DNA of 64,000 nt. Origin: Myxococcota bacterium. Its GTDB lineage: Bacteria > Myxococcota_A > SURF-8. Below the pieces are notes generated by a model. It saw only the letters and a list, made by a program, of their open reading frames with translations, was not told where the DNA came from and did no database searches. Made by a program: the position numbers and the translations under genes. The DNA is taken from positions 2,272,001 to 2,336,000 of the forward strand of contig OZ223209.1 of assembly GCA_965140415.1 (NCBI GenBank), read 5' to 3'. Shown piece by piece: positions 21,052 to 31,111 of the stretch (positions are counted from its first letter, which is position 1; every line of letters starts with the position of its first letter).

Positions 21052-21291
21052 TCAACTGGATTTTGAATCCGTGGAATGATTTCCATCGGATACGAACGTT
21101 TCAGAGTCCTCGGTCTTTGTATGGTCACCCGTTTTACTGCGACCGGGTTTTTCTTCGTCATCGAACAGAATGCGAATCGCAGGCGTTTTCATATCCTCGA
21201 ATTGTCCGTTTCGCACTGCCCAGATAAACAGTGCCAGTGCGCCTCCTGCAAATAGAAGCGCCAACGGCAGCAAAAAGTAGATCACATCCAA
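21052..21291 (-). CDS. ccoS: cbb3 oxidase maturation protein CcoS
   Basis: IYFLLPLAL...FIWAVRNGQFEDMKTPAIRILFDD; TTG start behind AAGGAGG. Confidence 0.9.
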   Translation of the reverse strand: MDVIYFLLPLALLFAGGALALFIWAVRNGQFEDMKTPAIRILFDDEEKPGRSKTGDHTKTEDSETFVSDGNHSTDSKSS

Positions 21292-21304
21292 AACAACCCT
21301 CCTT

Positions 21305-23827
21305 TCAAGCCGTTGTTTGAGAAAGGAGTGTGGATTTCCTCGCGTCGTATGAAGCGAAGGAGCGTCCCAAGATTGCAAATCCCACAACCGACAGGGAACT
21401 GATCGGCATCAGGATTGCGGCCAGCAACGGCCCGACCAGACCGAAAAACGCCAGGCTGGCGCAGGCCAGGTTGTAAATAAGCGAAAAAATCAGGCAGCGG
21501 TGAATGATGCCCAAAGTGCGCTTTCCGCCTTCGACCAGTTCAACGATGGGGTTTAAACCGGCTCGGGTCAGAACGACGTCGGCTGCTTGAATGCTGGCAC
21601 CCGAGCCGCCATGTACACTTACGCCGATATCGGCGGCGGCCAATGCGGCAGCGTCGTTCGCACCGTCACCGACCATTAAAACCTTTCCGGCATTCGAGTT
21701 TTCGTGCGTATCCAGTAAGTGTTGAATCAACGCCAGTTTTTCTTCGGGGCTCTGATCTCCCTTGACATGTTCAGGCGGCAGGTTCAGCTGTTGTGCGATC
21801 TGCTCCACAATGCGGCCATTGTCACCGGAAGAAACATGGAGCTTCCATCCTTGATCACGCAAATGGTCGAGCGCCGCTCCAGCTTCCGGTCGAATCGGAT
21901 CACCGAATCCGGCGATCGCTTCAAGCTGGCCGTCGACTGCAACAAACAGTGGCGAAAGCAGATCTTTCAGCAGGTTTTCTTCCGCCTGTTCCCATTCGGT
22001 GTTGATTGCAACCTCATGCTGCTTCATGAAGCGACGATTGCCGATTTGCACCCTGTGCCCGTCTACCGTGCCGCTTACTCCGCGACCCAGCGATTCCTGA
22101 ACGTTTGTGACTTGCAAATGAGAAGCGGTTACATGTTCAAAGGAACGAGCGAAGGAACGCGCTAATGGATGGGTAGTCTGCATTTCCAGCGCCAATGCCA
22201 GTCGAGCGGTATTCTCCGAGCCTTGCCAGCGTACGAGCGAAGATTCCCCACGTGTCAGAGTGCCGGTTTTATCGAAGACCGCAGTGTCGACTTTGGAAAG
22301 CATTTCCAATAAATCCGGGCGCTTCAGGAAGATTCCACGCCGCCCCGCCTTGGCCAGCGCCACCGTCACGGCGGTCGGAGTCGCCAGTCCCAAAGCGCAG
22401 GGGCAGGTTACGACCAGCAGGGCGATCACCTGTTCCAGAACGCGATGCGGTTCGATGAACGCCCAATACAGACCGGTTGCAGTTGCCAGGGCGAGTACGG
22501 TCAGTACGAAGTAGTGGCTGATGCTATCCGCCGTGCGCACGATGGAGGCGCGTTTCGAACTGGCTTGCTCCACCAGTTTTATCAGTGCACCCAGGCGCGT
22601 GCGCTCGCCAACGGCAGTTGCAACGATCTCCAGCCGACTGTCGAGGTTGATGGCGCCGGCATGGATGTCGCTTCCCGCCCGTACGCTTTGCGGTTCCGAT
22701 TCTCCTGTAATCACGGCATTATTCAACCTGCTCCGACCGACGGAGACCAGACCGTCCGCCGGGACGATGTCGCCGGGCAGCACCTCCAGGCGGTCGCCAC
22801 GAACGATGGTTTCCAACGGCTTTTCAGTTGAAACACCGTCGGTGTCGATTTTCCGTGCGAATTCCGTAAAGGAAGAGCCATTCAGGCGTTCGGCAAGATC
22901 CAGCGCGGCTCGCTGGGCGCGTTGTTGAAGAAAACGACCGGCCAGCAACAAGGCCACTAGGGCGCAGACGGAATCGAAATAGACCGATCCTTCTCCACGC
23001 AAGGTTGACACGGCGCTGAAACCGAAACCTGCCAGAATGCCAATGGAAATCGGAAGGTCCATGTGTGGCACGTGTTGCTTCAAGCCAGCAAGCGCCGCCG
23101 TGAAAAAGGGGCGGGCGCTGAACAAAACGACAGGCAGAGTCAACCCGAAGGCGACCCAGCGGAAGAAAGAGAAAAAGTTGCTTTCCATCCCGCTGTATTC
23201 ACCCGCATACAACGCCCCTTCCACCATCATCACGTTCAATGCGCAGACAATGGCCACGCCCAGCTTGATCAATAGGGCGCGATCTTCCTTTTTGCGCAAT
23301 TGCCGAACGTCGGAGGCGCGGTAAGCATGTGGAGAATATCCGATGCGATCCAGCGATCTGGCGATATTGGAAAGATTGACTTTTTCGGAATCCCATTCGA
23401 TTTCCGCCACGGCGCGCGGCAGGTCCAAGCGTATGTTCAACACGCCTTCTTGTCCGAGCGGGTAGCGTTCGACTAGCCAGACGCAGGCGGCACAATGGAC
23501 GCCTTCAAGGTAGAGTTGTGCGGTTTTCGTGCCTGTCTCGGTGTCTTTTACATGATTGAGTTGGAATGTTTCGTCGTCGAAATCGGTAAAAGCGCGACCG
23601 CTGATCGAAGCTGCCTGTGGGGTATCGTCGGTAAGTGCCTGATAGTTGTAATATTCCTCGAAGCCTTCTTCGTGGAGAATCGCATAAACCTGTTTACAGC
23701 CCGAGCAGCAGAACTGGAGCTGCTGGCCGCTTTGCAGCATGTTGCCTGGGACAGGCAATCCGCAATGAGCGCAAGTTACGCGCTCTGATGCTTTGGATGT
23801 TGACATGTCGCTCACAAGCTCATTCAT
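21305..23827 (-). CDS. ccoI: Cu-translocating P1B ATPase CcoI/FixI
   Basis: CAHCGLP..FCCSGC, GVHCAAC, TGES, CPC, DKTGT, GDGAND. Confidence 0.93.
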   Translation of the reverse strand: MNELVSDMSTSKASERVTCAHCGLPVPGNMLQSGQQLQFCCSGCKQVYAILHEEGFEEYYNYQALTDDTPQAASISGRAFTDFDDETFQLNHVKDTETGTKTAQLYLEGVHCAACVWLVERYPLGQEGVLNIRLDLPRAVAEIEWDSEKVNLSNIARSLDRIGYSPHAYRASDVRQLRKKEDRALLIKLGVAIVCALNVMMVEGALYAGEYSGMESNFFSFFRWVAFGLTLPVVLFSARPFFTAALAGLKQHVPHMDLPISIGILAGFGFSAVSTLRGEGSVYFDSVCALVALLLAGRFLQQRAQRAALDLAERLNGSSFTEFARKIDTDGVSTEKPLETIVRGDRLEVLPGDIVPADGLVSVGRSRLNNAVITGESEPQSVRAGSDIHAGAINLDSRLEIVATAVGERTRLGALIKLVEQASSKRASIVRTADSISHYFVLTVLALATATGLYWAFIEPHRVLEQVIALLVVTCPCALGLATPTAVTVALAKAGRRGIFLKRPDLLEMLSKVDTAVFDKTGTLTRGESSLVRWQGSENTARLALALEMQTTHPLARSFARSFEHVTASHLQVTNVQESLGRGVSGTVDGHRVQIGNRRFMKQHEVAINTEWEQAEENLLKDLLSPLFVAVDGQLEAIAGFGDPIRPEAGAALDHLRDQGWKLHVSSGDNGRIVEQIAQQLNLPPEHVKGDQSPEEKLALIQHLLDTHENSNAGKVLMVGDGANDAAALAAADIGVSVHGGSGASIQAADVVLTRAGLNPIVELVEGGKRTLGIIHRCLIFSLIYNLACASLAFFGLVGPLLAAILMPISSLSVVGFAILGRSFASYDARKSTLLSQTTA

Positions 23828-24363
23828 GGACGATTATCGTTCCTCTCATAGCCGGGTACGTCGATTCGTAGAGCTTCCACATACTCCGTGCTGTCCTTTT
23901 TCAATGCGACCCGGAATTCCCACAATCCGCCCTGTGGCAGATCCAACAATACGCGGTAGCGTCCAGGTGATTGCGGCAGTTCCGTTAGCGTTCCTTCCGT
24001 ATTCATGCGAAGATTGGCAGGGCGAACCGCCGACAGCATCCCTTTCAGATTTCGGATCGGCTGCTGTTGAGGATCCAACACATCAAGATCTACGGGGCGT
24101 TTCATGCCGGGCAGATACTGCGGCCCGGCGGGGATATCGATGGAAAGCTCCCAGCCCAGCTTGCGGCTGGCGTCGGCTTTGGCGCGCTGCTGGTCCCAGT
24201 CGAAAGAGCGTTCGTAATAGCCGCGCTCCGGGCGAGGTGCATCGGGGCGTGTCGCAAAGTACACCATGATGCCTTGTGCTGTGATGGACATGATCAGTAG
24301 TCCGGCCAGAAACATCGGCCAGCGATGATCGGATATCCATTTAATCCATGCATTCATTTCCAA
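23824..24363 (-). CDS. ccoH: FixH/CcoH-family protein
   Basis: N-terminal WP plus TM helix, YYE motif, GLWE; lies between ccoG and ccoI. Confidence 0.82.
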   Translation of the reverse strand: MEMNAWIKWISDHRWPMFLAGLLIMSITAQGIMVYFATRPDAPRPERGYYERSFDWDQQRAKADASRKLGWELSIDIPAGPQYLPGMKRPVDLDVLDPQQQPIRNLKGMLSAVRPANLRMNTEGTLTELPQSPGRYRVLLDLPQGGLWEFRVALKKDSTEYVEALRIDVPGYERNDNRP

Positions 24364-24387
24364 GTCTCCATCGATCTAAGCCCGGTT

Positions 24388-25809
24388 TCAATACGGTCCA
24401 AGCAGTAAGAATTCCTTTTCCACGTTAAAGCCGCTTCCCGAGGAAATCCGGAAGCGTCCCACTGTTTTTCCATTTGTAAAGCTCTTGCGATCCAGCTTGA
24501 CCACCAGATTTACCGTGTCGATCTCGTCTCCCTTGACGGTAAAGGGATTGATGCTGACGATCAGTGCTCCGTTTGTTGGTTCGAGCAGTTCTATCGAGAA
24601 TGTTTGGTCGGTGTGCAGGTTGTTGTTCAATCTCACTCGTAACTGGTTGGCGATCAAGCCATCGGGCAATTGGCGAAATGCCTCGCGCCCGGTTCGAAGA
24701 ATTTCCGCACTTGCGGGTGCACGGAACACGAGCAGATAACCTAGCGCTCCGGCGATAATCAACAGGATGCCGAAATACACGAACAGACGCGACCTGAGCC
24801 AGTTTGTTTGTGATCCCGACAGATTGCGAAGGGAGGTATAGCGAATCAATCCGGTCGGTCGTTGCAGTCTTGTCATGACGTCCGTGCAGGCGTCGATGCA
24901 TTGGGCACAGCCGATACACTCCATTTGAAGTCCGCGCCGAATGTCGATGCCGGTGGGACAGGTGCTTACGCAGCGGCGGCAGTCGATGCAATCGCCCTGA
25001 CCTTGCGGAGCGGGGCCTTTTCCCGATTTGCCGCGCGGTTCACCGCGTGTTTTATCATAACCGACGATCAGCGTGTCTTGGTCGTAAAGCACCGTCTGCA
25101 AGCGACCATAAGGGCAGGCAATGGTGCACATCTGCTCGCGAAAAACCGTGAAATCGAAGGTGATCAGCGCCGTAGTTGCCATTACCGCGAAGAAAACGCC
25201 ATAATGTCGTCCCGGTGACGTGCCGACATAGGTCATCAGCGTGTCCCAGCCGATGAAATAGGCGACGAAGGTATGGGCCAAGATCGTGGCAATTACAGCA
25301 TAAACGGTAAGTTTACCCGCTTTTCGCAATAGTCGCTGCAAGGTCCAGGGACCGTGATCCCGTCGTTTGCGAACGTGAGGCGGACCTTCGAACAGGCTTT
25401 CGATGGGTCGAAATATAAATTCGAGATAAATCGGCTGGGGACAGAGATAGCCGCACCAGATGCGTCCGAATAAGGCCGTGAAGAAGAAAACGCCGATCAC
25501 CACTCCGACTCCGAAAACCATGAGCAGCAGGGTTTCCGTCGCTTGCAGTGTGATGCCTAAGATGGTGAATTGCCGGTGGACCAGATCGAAAAAGATCATG
25601 GGTTTCCCGGCGATCTCGATGTGGGGGGCGGATAGGAACAGGAGAATCAGCGCGAATCCGACTCTGCGGCGCAGTCTCCAGTAAAAACCACGCGAAACGA
25701 CCGGCTCGATCCAACGCCGCCGCCCATCCAACTGGATGGTTGCCAGGATTTCCTCCTGCGGTGCGGGCTTGAATGGGCGTTGTGAATCGGGCTTGGTCAT
25801 CTTGTCCAA
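24388..25809 (-). CDS. ccoG: Cytochrome c oxidase accessory protein CcoG
   Basis: GRIWCGYLCPQ, REQMCTIACPYGR, CIDCRRCVSTCP, CIGCAQCIDAC. Confidence 0.95.
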   Translation of the reverse strand: MDKMTKPDSQRPFKPAPQEEILATIQLDGRRRWIEPVVSRGFYWRLRRRVGFALILLFLSAPHIEIAGKPMIFFDLVHRQFTILGITLQATETLLLMVFGVGVVIGVFFFTALFGRIWCGYLCPQPIYLEFIFRPIESLFEGPPHVRKRRDHGPWTLQRLLRKAGKLTVYAVIATILAHTFVAYFIGWDTLMTYVGTSPGRHYGVFFAVMATTALITFDFTVFREQMCTIACPYGRLQTVLYDQDTLIVGYDKTRGEPRGKSGKGPAPQGQGDCIDCRRCVSTCPTGIDIRRGLQMECIGCAQCIDACTDVMTRLQRPTGLIRYTSLRNLSGSQTNWLRSRLFVYFGILLIIAGALGYLLVFRAPASAEILRTGREAFRQLPDGLIANQLRVRLNNNLHTDQTFSIELLEPTNGALIVSINPFTVKGDEIDTVNLVVKLDRKSFTNGKTVGRFRISSGSGFNVEKEFLLLGPY

Positions 25810-25835
25810 TCGTTTCGAATGTGTCTAATGGTGTT

Positions 25836-26444
25836 CTATGGTGCCGCCGAGGGCATCGCCGAACTCGGTAAGGCTTCCAGTTGCACCGGATCGCCTTCGG
25901 CTGGTTTGGGATTGGCCGGATTGCTGCCGGCCAGACTGCGCACGTATGCCGCCAATGCTTTCAGATCATCTGGGCTGAATGCCCGTCCCCATGCGGGCAT
26001 CCCTTTCGCGGGAACGCCTTTAACGATCGTTGTGAAAATATCCACGGTATTTTTTACGTTGATCCAGCGATTATCGGCTAGGTTTGGACCAATCAAGCCT
26101 TCACCATGTTCGCCGTGGCATGGCGCACAGGTTTTAACGAATTGCAGCTTGCCGGTATTCAGAACTGTTGGATCGACCGCTCCAGCCAGCAGTATTTCCG
26201 TAGTAGGCGGTTGGATGGGATTGGCAACGTAGTAATCTTGAATCGCCTGCCGGTCGCCGATCTCATCCGAACGAAGCTCGGAGCGGTAACCTTCTCCGAA
26301 CCCTAGAGCGTAATACATCAGGTACACGATGGAAAAAACGATGGCGACGTAGAACGTCCACAGCCACCAACCGGGCATGGGGTTGTCGTATTCCTGGATG
26401 CCATCGACAGAGTGATCCAATACTTTATCTTCATATTTCGCCAT
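25836..26444 (-). CDS. ccoP: cbb3 oxidase subunit CcoP (monoheme)
   Basis: HSVDGIQEYDNPMPGWW; a single CAPCHG; GPNLAD; GMPAWG. Confidence 0.9.
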   Translation of the reverse strand: MAKYEDKVLDHSVDGIQEYDNPMPGWWLWTFYVAIVFSIVYLMYYALGFGEGYRSELRSDEIGDRQAIQDYYVANPIQPPTTEILLAGAVDPTVLNTGKLQFVKTCAPCHGEHGEGLIGPNLADNRWINVKNTVDIFTTIVKGVPAKGMPAWGRAFSPDDLKALAAYVRSLAGSNPANPKPAEGDPVQLEALPSSAMPSAAP

Positions 26445-26453
26445 GCGGATGCC

Positions 26454-26657
26454 TCATCTGCTCTTTTGTGAGGGAACCTGATCCGGGGAGTTGGTCGCTA
26501 TACCATCGGAAAGCGGAATGGCTGCGTAATGCTTGTATTTTTCTCGATTCCCGAAAATCACGGAGATTGCCAGCACGAGGAAGGACACGAAGAGGATCAG
26601 CATTACAGCGATTGCGATGGTTGCGTTGCCGCTATTTGCCACAAATTCGGAAATCAT
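26454..26657 (-). CDS. ccoQ: cbb3 oxidase subunit CcoQ
   Basis: One TM helix then YAAIPLSD; ATGA overlap with the ccoNO stop. Confidence 0.75.
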   Translation of the reverse strand: MISEFVANSGNATIAIAVMLILFVSFLVLAISVIFGNREKYKHYAAIPLSDGIATNSPDQVPSQKSR

Positions 26658-28882
26658 GGTGTAGCCTCCTTCGCCTGCAAGGTTACAGGCTGCATCGTTC
26701 GCCATTTGATGTCCGTGCCCAGTCGTTGCAGGTAGGCGATCAACGCGATGATTTCCTTGTCTTCCAGATTTTTCGGGCCGCCTTGAGTGATGATTTCTTC
26801 TGCAATCAGGCGCGCCTGCTGGTTGGCGTGATCCTCCGCATTACCGATATCGATATCGGAATAGGGGACTCCGATGGCAGCCAGGGCTTTCAGTTTGGAC
26901 TTAAGAAGCTCGTGGTTCTGCACGTCGGCTTGCAAATGTTCGAAAGCAGGCATGACCGATCCAGGCGTGGTGGATGTAGGCATCTCCATATGGCGTACGT
27001 GCCAGAGATGCGGATATTTGGCTCCGACGCGGTGCAGATCCGGGCCGGTACGTTTCGAGCCCCACTGGAAGGGGTGGTCGTAAATGAATTCTCCTGCTTT
27101 GCTGTATTCGCCGTAACGCTCCGTCTCCGAGCGGAAGGGGCGCACCATCTGAGAATGGCAGTTGTAACAACCCTCCCGAATGTAAATGTCGCGACCTTCC
27201 ACTTCCAGCGGAGTATACGGATGTACACTGGCGATCGGTTTGACGTTGTCGTCATCGGCGAATAGCGGAACCAGTTCCACCAAAGAACCCACCGACAGCG
27301 CAAGCAATGTCAGCACCGTGAAAACAACCGGCGTGCGCTCTAGTACGCGATGAAAACCATGTCGCAACGCGTCTTGCACCTTGAACAGGGCATGGTCATA
27401 GGTGTTGGGTTGCAGTGCGATAGCCGGTTCCGGTGTCTCCGTCTTTTTGGAGAGCGGGGCGGCCTGCACTTCCGGTTCAACGGCGAAATCCTTGGGCGCT
27501 TTGGCGATGGTTCGCAACAGATTGTAGGCCAGCATGAACATCCCGGTCAGATACAGGATACCGCCGGTCAGCCGCAGCCAGAACATCGGCACAAGAGTTA
27601 GCACCGTTTCGATGAAGTCCGGATACATCAGGCGGCCATCGGCTTCGAATGCGCGCCACATCAATCCCTGGGTGATGCCTGCTACCCACATGGAAACCTG
27701 GTAGAAGATCAGTCCGATGGTGGCAATCCAGAAATGCGCGTTGACCATTTTCCGGTTGTGCAGTTCGGTTTTCCAGAGCCGGGGAATCATCCAGTAAATC
27801 GCTCCGAAGGTGATCATGCCGTTCCAGCCCAGTGTCCCCGCATGGACGTGTCCGATGGTCCAGTCGGTGTAATGGGAAAGCGCGTTTACCGCTTTAATGG
27901 ACAGCATCGGTCCTTCGAATGTGGACATTCCGTAGTAGGTCACGCCTACAACCAGGAATTTCAGTACGGGTTCCTCCCGGAGCTTGTCCCAGGCACCACG
28001 CAGGGTAAACAGACCGTTGATCATGCCTCCCCAGCTTGGCGCCCAGAGCATCAGCGAGAACAGCATCCCCAGGGTCGAAGCCCAGTAGGGCAGGGCGGTG
28101 TAATGCAGATGATGCGGTCCAGCCCAGATGTAGATGAATACCAGGGTCCAGAAATGCATGATCGACAATTTGTAGCTGAACACCGGGCGTTCCGCTGCTT
28201 TGGGAAGGTAGTAGTACATCAATCCGAGAAAGGGAGTCGTCAGTACGAAGGCGACGGCGTTGTGGCCATACCACCACTGCACGAGCGCATCGCGAACACC
28301 GGAGTAGGCCGAGTAGCTGTCCAGCCAGGAATAGGGCATCTGGATGTTGTTGAAGATGTGCAGCAACGCCACGGCCAGAATGCTGGCGATATAAAACCAG
28401 ATGGCCACGTATAAATGTTGTTCGCGGCGTTTCATGATCGTGCCGAATACGTTCACGGCAAAGGCCACCCAGACCACGGCAATGGCGATATCCAACAGCC
28501 AGGGAAGCTCGGCATATTCACGGGATTGCGTATGGCCGGTCAAAAGCGCCAAGGCTCCAAGCACGATGATTATCTGCCAACCCCATAAGTGGAAGGCGGA
28601 GAGCTTATCGCTGAACATACGGGCTTTCAACAGGCGCTGGGTCGAATAATAAACGCCTGCAAAAATAATGTTTCCCGCAAATGCGAAGATGACGGCGTTG
28701 GTGTGGATGGGGCGTAGCCGTCCGAACGTCAAATAGGGGGCCAGATTTAAATCCGGCAAAAAGAGCAGACTTGCGGCAATCACGCCCATGCTCATTCCGA
28801 CCAGCCCCCAGATGACGGTTGCCAGGATGAAGCCTCGCACGGTTTTGTCATCGTAGCGGAACGTTTCCAGTTTTTCACTCAT
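26654..28882 (-). CDS. ccoN: Fused cbb3 cytochrome c oxidase subunits I/II (CcoN-CcoO)
   Basis: GRLRPIHTN, WWYGHNAV, GPHHLH, GHVH; C-terminal EGCYNCHSQMVRP and GSKRTGPDL in the same frame. The start could be 28900. Confidence 0.96.
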   Translation of the reverse strand: MSEKLETFRYDDKTVRGFILATVIWGLVGMSMGVIAASLLFLPDLNLAPYLTFGRLRPIHTNAVIFAFAGNIIFAGVYYSTQRLLKARMFSDKLSAFHLWGWQIIIVLGALALLTGHTQSREYAELPWLLDIAIAVVWVAFAVNVFGTIMKRREQHLYVAIWFYIASILAVALLHIFNNIQMPYSWLDSYSAYSGVRDALVQWWYGHNAVAFVLTTPFLGLMYYYLPKAAERPVFSYKLSIMHFWTLVFIYIWAGPHHLHYTALPYWASTLGMLFSLMLWAPSWGGMINGLFTLRGAWDKLREEPVLKFLVVGVTYYGMSTFEGPMLSIKAVNALSHYTDWTIGHVHAGTLGWNGMITFGAIYWMIPRLWKTELHNRKMVNAHFWIATIGLIFYQVSMWVAGITQGLMWRAFEADGRLMYPDFIETVLTLVPMFWLRLTGGILYLTGMFMLAYNLLRTIAKAPKDFAVEPEVQAAPLSKKTETPEPAIALQPNTYDHALFKVQDALRHGFHRVLERTPVVFTVLTLLALSVGSLVELVPLFADDDNVKPIASVHPYTPLEVEGRDIYIREGCYNCHSQMVRPFRSETERYGEYSKAGEFIYDHPFQWGSKRTGPDLHRVGAKYPHLWHVRHMEMPTSTTPGSVMPAFEHLQADVQNHELLKSKLKALAAIGVPYSDIDIGNAEDHANQQARLIAEEIITQGGPKNLEDKEIIALIAYLQRLGTDIKWRTMQPVTLQAKEATP

Positions 28883-29493
28883 GACAGACCTATTCTTCAT
28901 TCGTTTGAAAGAGTGTGTGCTGTTTCAGATCCCACATTCATCCTGTTTGGATGCGGAAAATAAATTTAACTTCTGTTTCGGCTTTTGTTCGATCCTTTAG
29001 AAACCGTGGATAGAAATCCCCAGCCTCCTTCACAGAAGAACCTCTAGAAATTCTAAGTCTCGATTAACGCTAGAATGTGTCCCTCCCACCACGTTTCGCT
29101 TTTGGCAGCAAACAAGCGTGGACAGGTAATGGCCATTGATCGTAGAAACTTTAAACGCTACAGACGAAATCGGTCAAAGAGGTTTGTCACATGTTGAGAA
29201 ATATTTCTTCAGGCACGTTATAAGATATCGAAATGGCGACACTTATTCCGCTTAACCAATGTTATTTACTATGTTTTGATTATGCCTTTTACAAGAATAA
29301 CCTGCAACCACATAATTGGATTTATTTTTAGAAATCCGACATTTATTGGTGGATTGAATGTTAGGGCTGGCTAGCAATGATGGTACTTGGGAAGCTATCT
29401 TGGGGAGAGATAGTAAAAGTCCCCACTGGGAAAACAACGTTCCAATGGGGAAAATGACGTTGGACCGATTGTTACAAACGCTTTGTAGGGCGG

Positions 29494-31098
29494 CTAGGCT
29501 TCGAAAATGACTTTTCCACCGATGATGGTCTTTTGCACTTCAATCTCTTGAATGTGTTCCGCAGCGACTTTAAGTGGATTTTCGCTCAGAACGACCATAT
29601 CCGCGCGCTTACCTGGAGTAAGGCTGCCCTTGTGCGCTTCTTCGAATTGAAGGTATGCGGCGCTATTCGTATATAAATCCAAGGCTTGGGAAGCATTGAG
29701 CGCCTGTTGGGTTTCAAAGCCTTCGCGCGTGATGCAGCAGGAGATGGCGTGCAATACGTCGATGAATTCCACCGGAGCGTCGCTTGCCCCGGCCAAAGGT
29801 ACGCCCGCTTCGACAATGCTTTTAAACGGATAGACCCATTTACAGCGTTCGGGACCGATGCGAACGGGGAGCCAGTCCTTTTCCGTATGAACGAACAGCG
29901 GTTGGGTGGAAACACACAATCCGAGTGCTTTCATACGTGTCAGCATCTGTTGATCCAACAGCGAGGCGTGTTCGATGCGATGCCGGTGATTTTTTCGAGG
30001 ATAGGCGGTCAGCAGTTTTTCATACAAATCCAGGCACAGCCGGTTGGCGTCGTCGCCGATGGCATGGATGGCAATCTGCAATCCGGCGCGGTGTGCGAAT
30101 TCCATGCGTCGGTAAATTTCCTCGGCGGGTTGCAGCAGGAATCCTTTGGTTTCCGGCTTGTCGGAGAATGGGGCGCTCATCAGTGCGGTGCTGGAACCGA
30201 AACTGCCGTCGGCGATGATTTTCAATCCGCCGACGCGGTGCCCACCGGGAATTTCGGTGTGCAGCGGGCTTTGCATGACGCCTTCGATGGCGGCGAGGTT
30301 TTCCGCAAACAAGAACGAATACAGATTGATCGGGAAGTGCTCCAGCAGCATGCCCATAATCATCGTTTCCAGCGCGCCGGATTCGCCCGTGGGGCCTTCC
30401 GTTCCCGTCTGGAAAATCGCACCCATCGACGTAATGCCCTTCGATGCAATGCGCTGTGACGTAAAACGCGCACCGGCAATCAGTTGATCCGGGGTGGGCA
30501 GGGGCAGGGCGTTTTTCAGAAGCGAGGCCGCCATTTCGCGAAAGGCACCGCTGGGTACGCCATGCTCGTCGCGGTCGATTTCTCCGCCTTCCGGGCAGGG
30601 AGTATCTGGGGTGACTCCCGCCGCTTCGATCGCACGGCTATTGGCGAGCACCATGTGACCGTCGTGTTTCACCAGTAGCAATGGGTAGTCGGGACAGGTA
30701 ATGTCCAGTTCCTGCCGTGTAGGAAAGCGCTTGTCGTGCATCTCCTGCTCGTCGAAATCAAGGCCGACCAGCCAGCCATCCTGGGCAAGCAGCTCGATTT
30801 GCGGCTGGAGACGCTGCCTGATGTCATCGAGACTGTGGACACCGCGCATGTTTACGTTCATGTCGTAGTAGATCATCATGAAGGGATGCGCGTGCGTGTC
30901 GATAAATCCGGGCAGCAGGGTTGAGCCCTTTAGATCGACAGGTTGCGCCGAAGTGCCCAATGCTGTTTGACAAGACGTTTTGCTGCCCCATGCGACAATG
31001 CTTCCGTCCCGAATCGCCAAGGCTTCCGGGTTCGGGTTGGCAGGATCCAACGTACAAATGTCACCGTTATAATAGAGTTGTGCAGATTGTTCTGTCAT
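29494..31098 (-). CDS. Amidohydrolase family 3 (YtcJ/NfdA-like)
   Basis: PGFIDTHAH, KIIADG, HAIGD, RIEH, ASDAP, GSLTPGKRAD. Confidence 0.9.
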   Translation of the reverse strand: MTEQSAQLYYNGDICTLDPANPNPEALAIRDGSIVAWGSKTSCQTALGTSAQPVDLKGSTLLPGFIDTHAHPFMMIYYDMNVNMRGVHSLDDIRQRLQPQIELLAQDGWLVGLDFDEQEMHDKRFPTRQELDITCPDYPLLLVKHDGHMVLANSRAIEAAGVTPDTPCPEGGEIDRDEHGVPSGAFREMAASLLKNALPLPTPDQLIAGARFTSQRIASKGITSMGAIFQTGTEGPTGESGALETMIMGMLLEHFPINLYSFLFAENLAAIEGVMQSPLHTEIPGGHRVGGLKIIADGSFGSSTALMSAPFSDKPETKGFLLQPAEEIYRRMEFAHRAGLQIAIHAIGDDANRLCLDLYEKLLTAYPRKNHRHRIEHASLLDQQMLTRMKALGLCVSTQPLFVHTEKDWLPVRIGPERCKWVYPFKSIVEAGVPLAGASDAPVEFIDVLHAISCCITREGFETQQALNASQALDLYTNSAAYLQFEEAHKGSLTPGKRADMVVLSENPLKVAAEHIQEIEVQKTIIGGKVIFEA

Positions 31099-31111
31099 AG
31101 CGACTGTTCCT

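Noticed and set aside
28901..29493. FNR box, sigma54 promoter or riboswitch upstream of ccoN
   Set aside because: Only TTGAT half-sites; no TTGAT-N4-ATCAA, no convincing -24/-12 element and no recognizable RNA motif.
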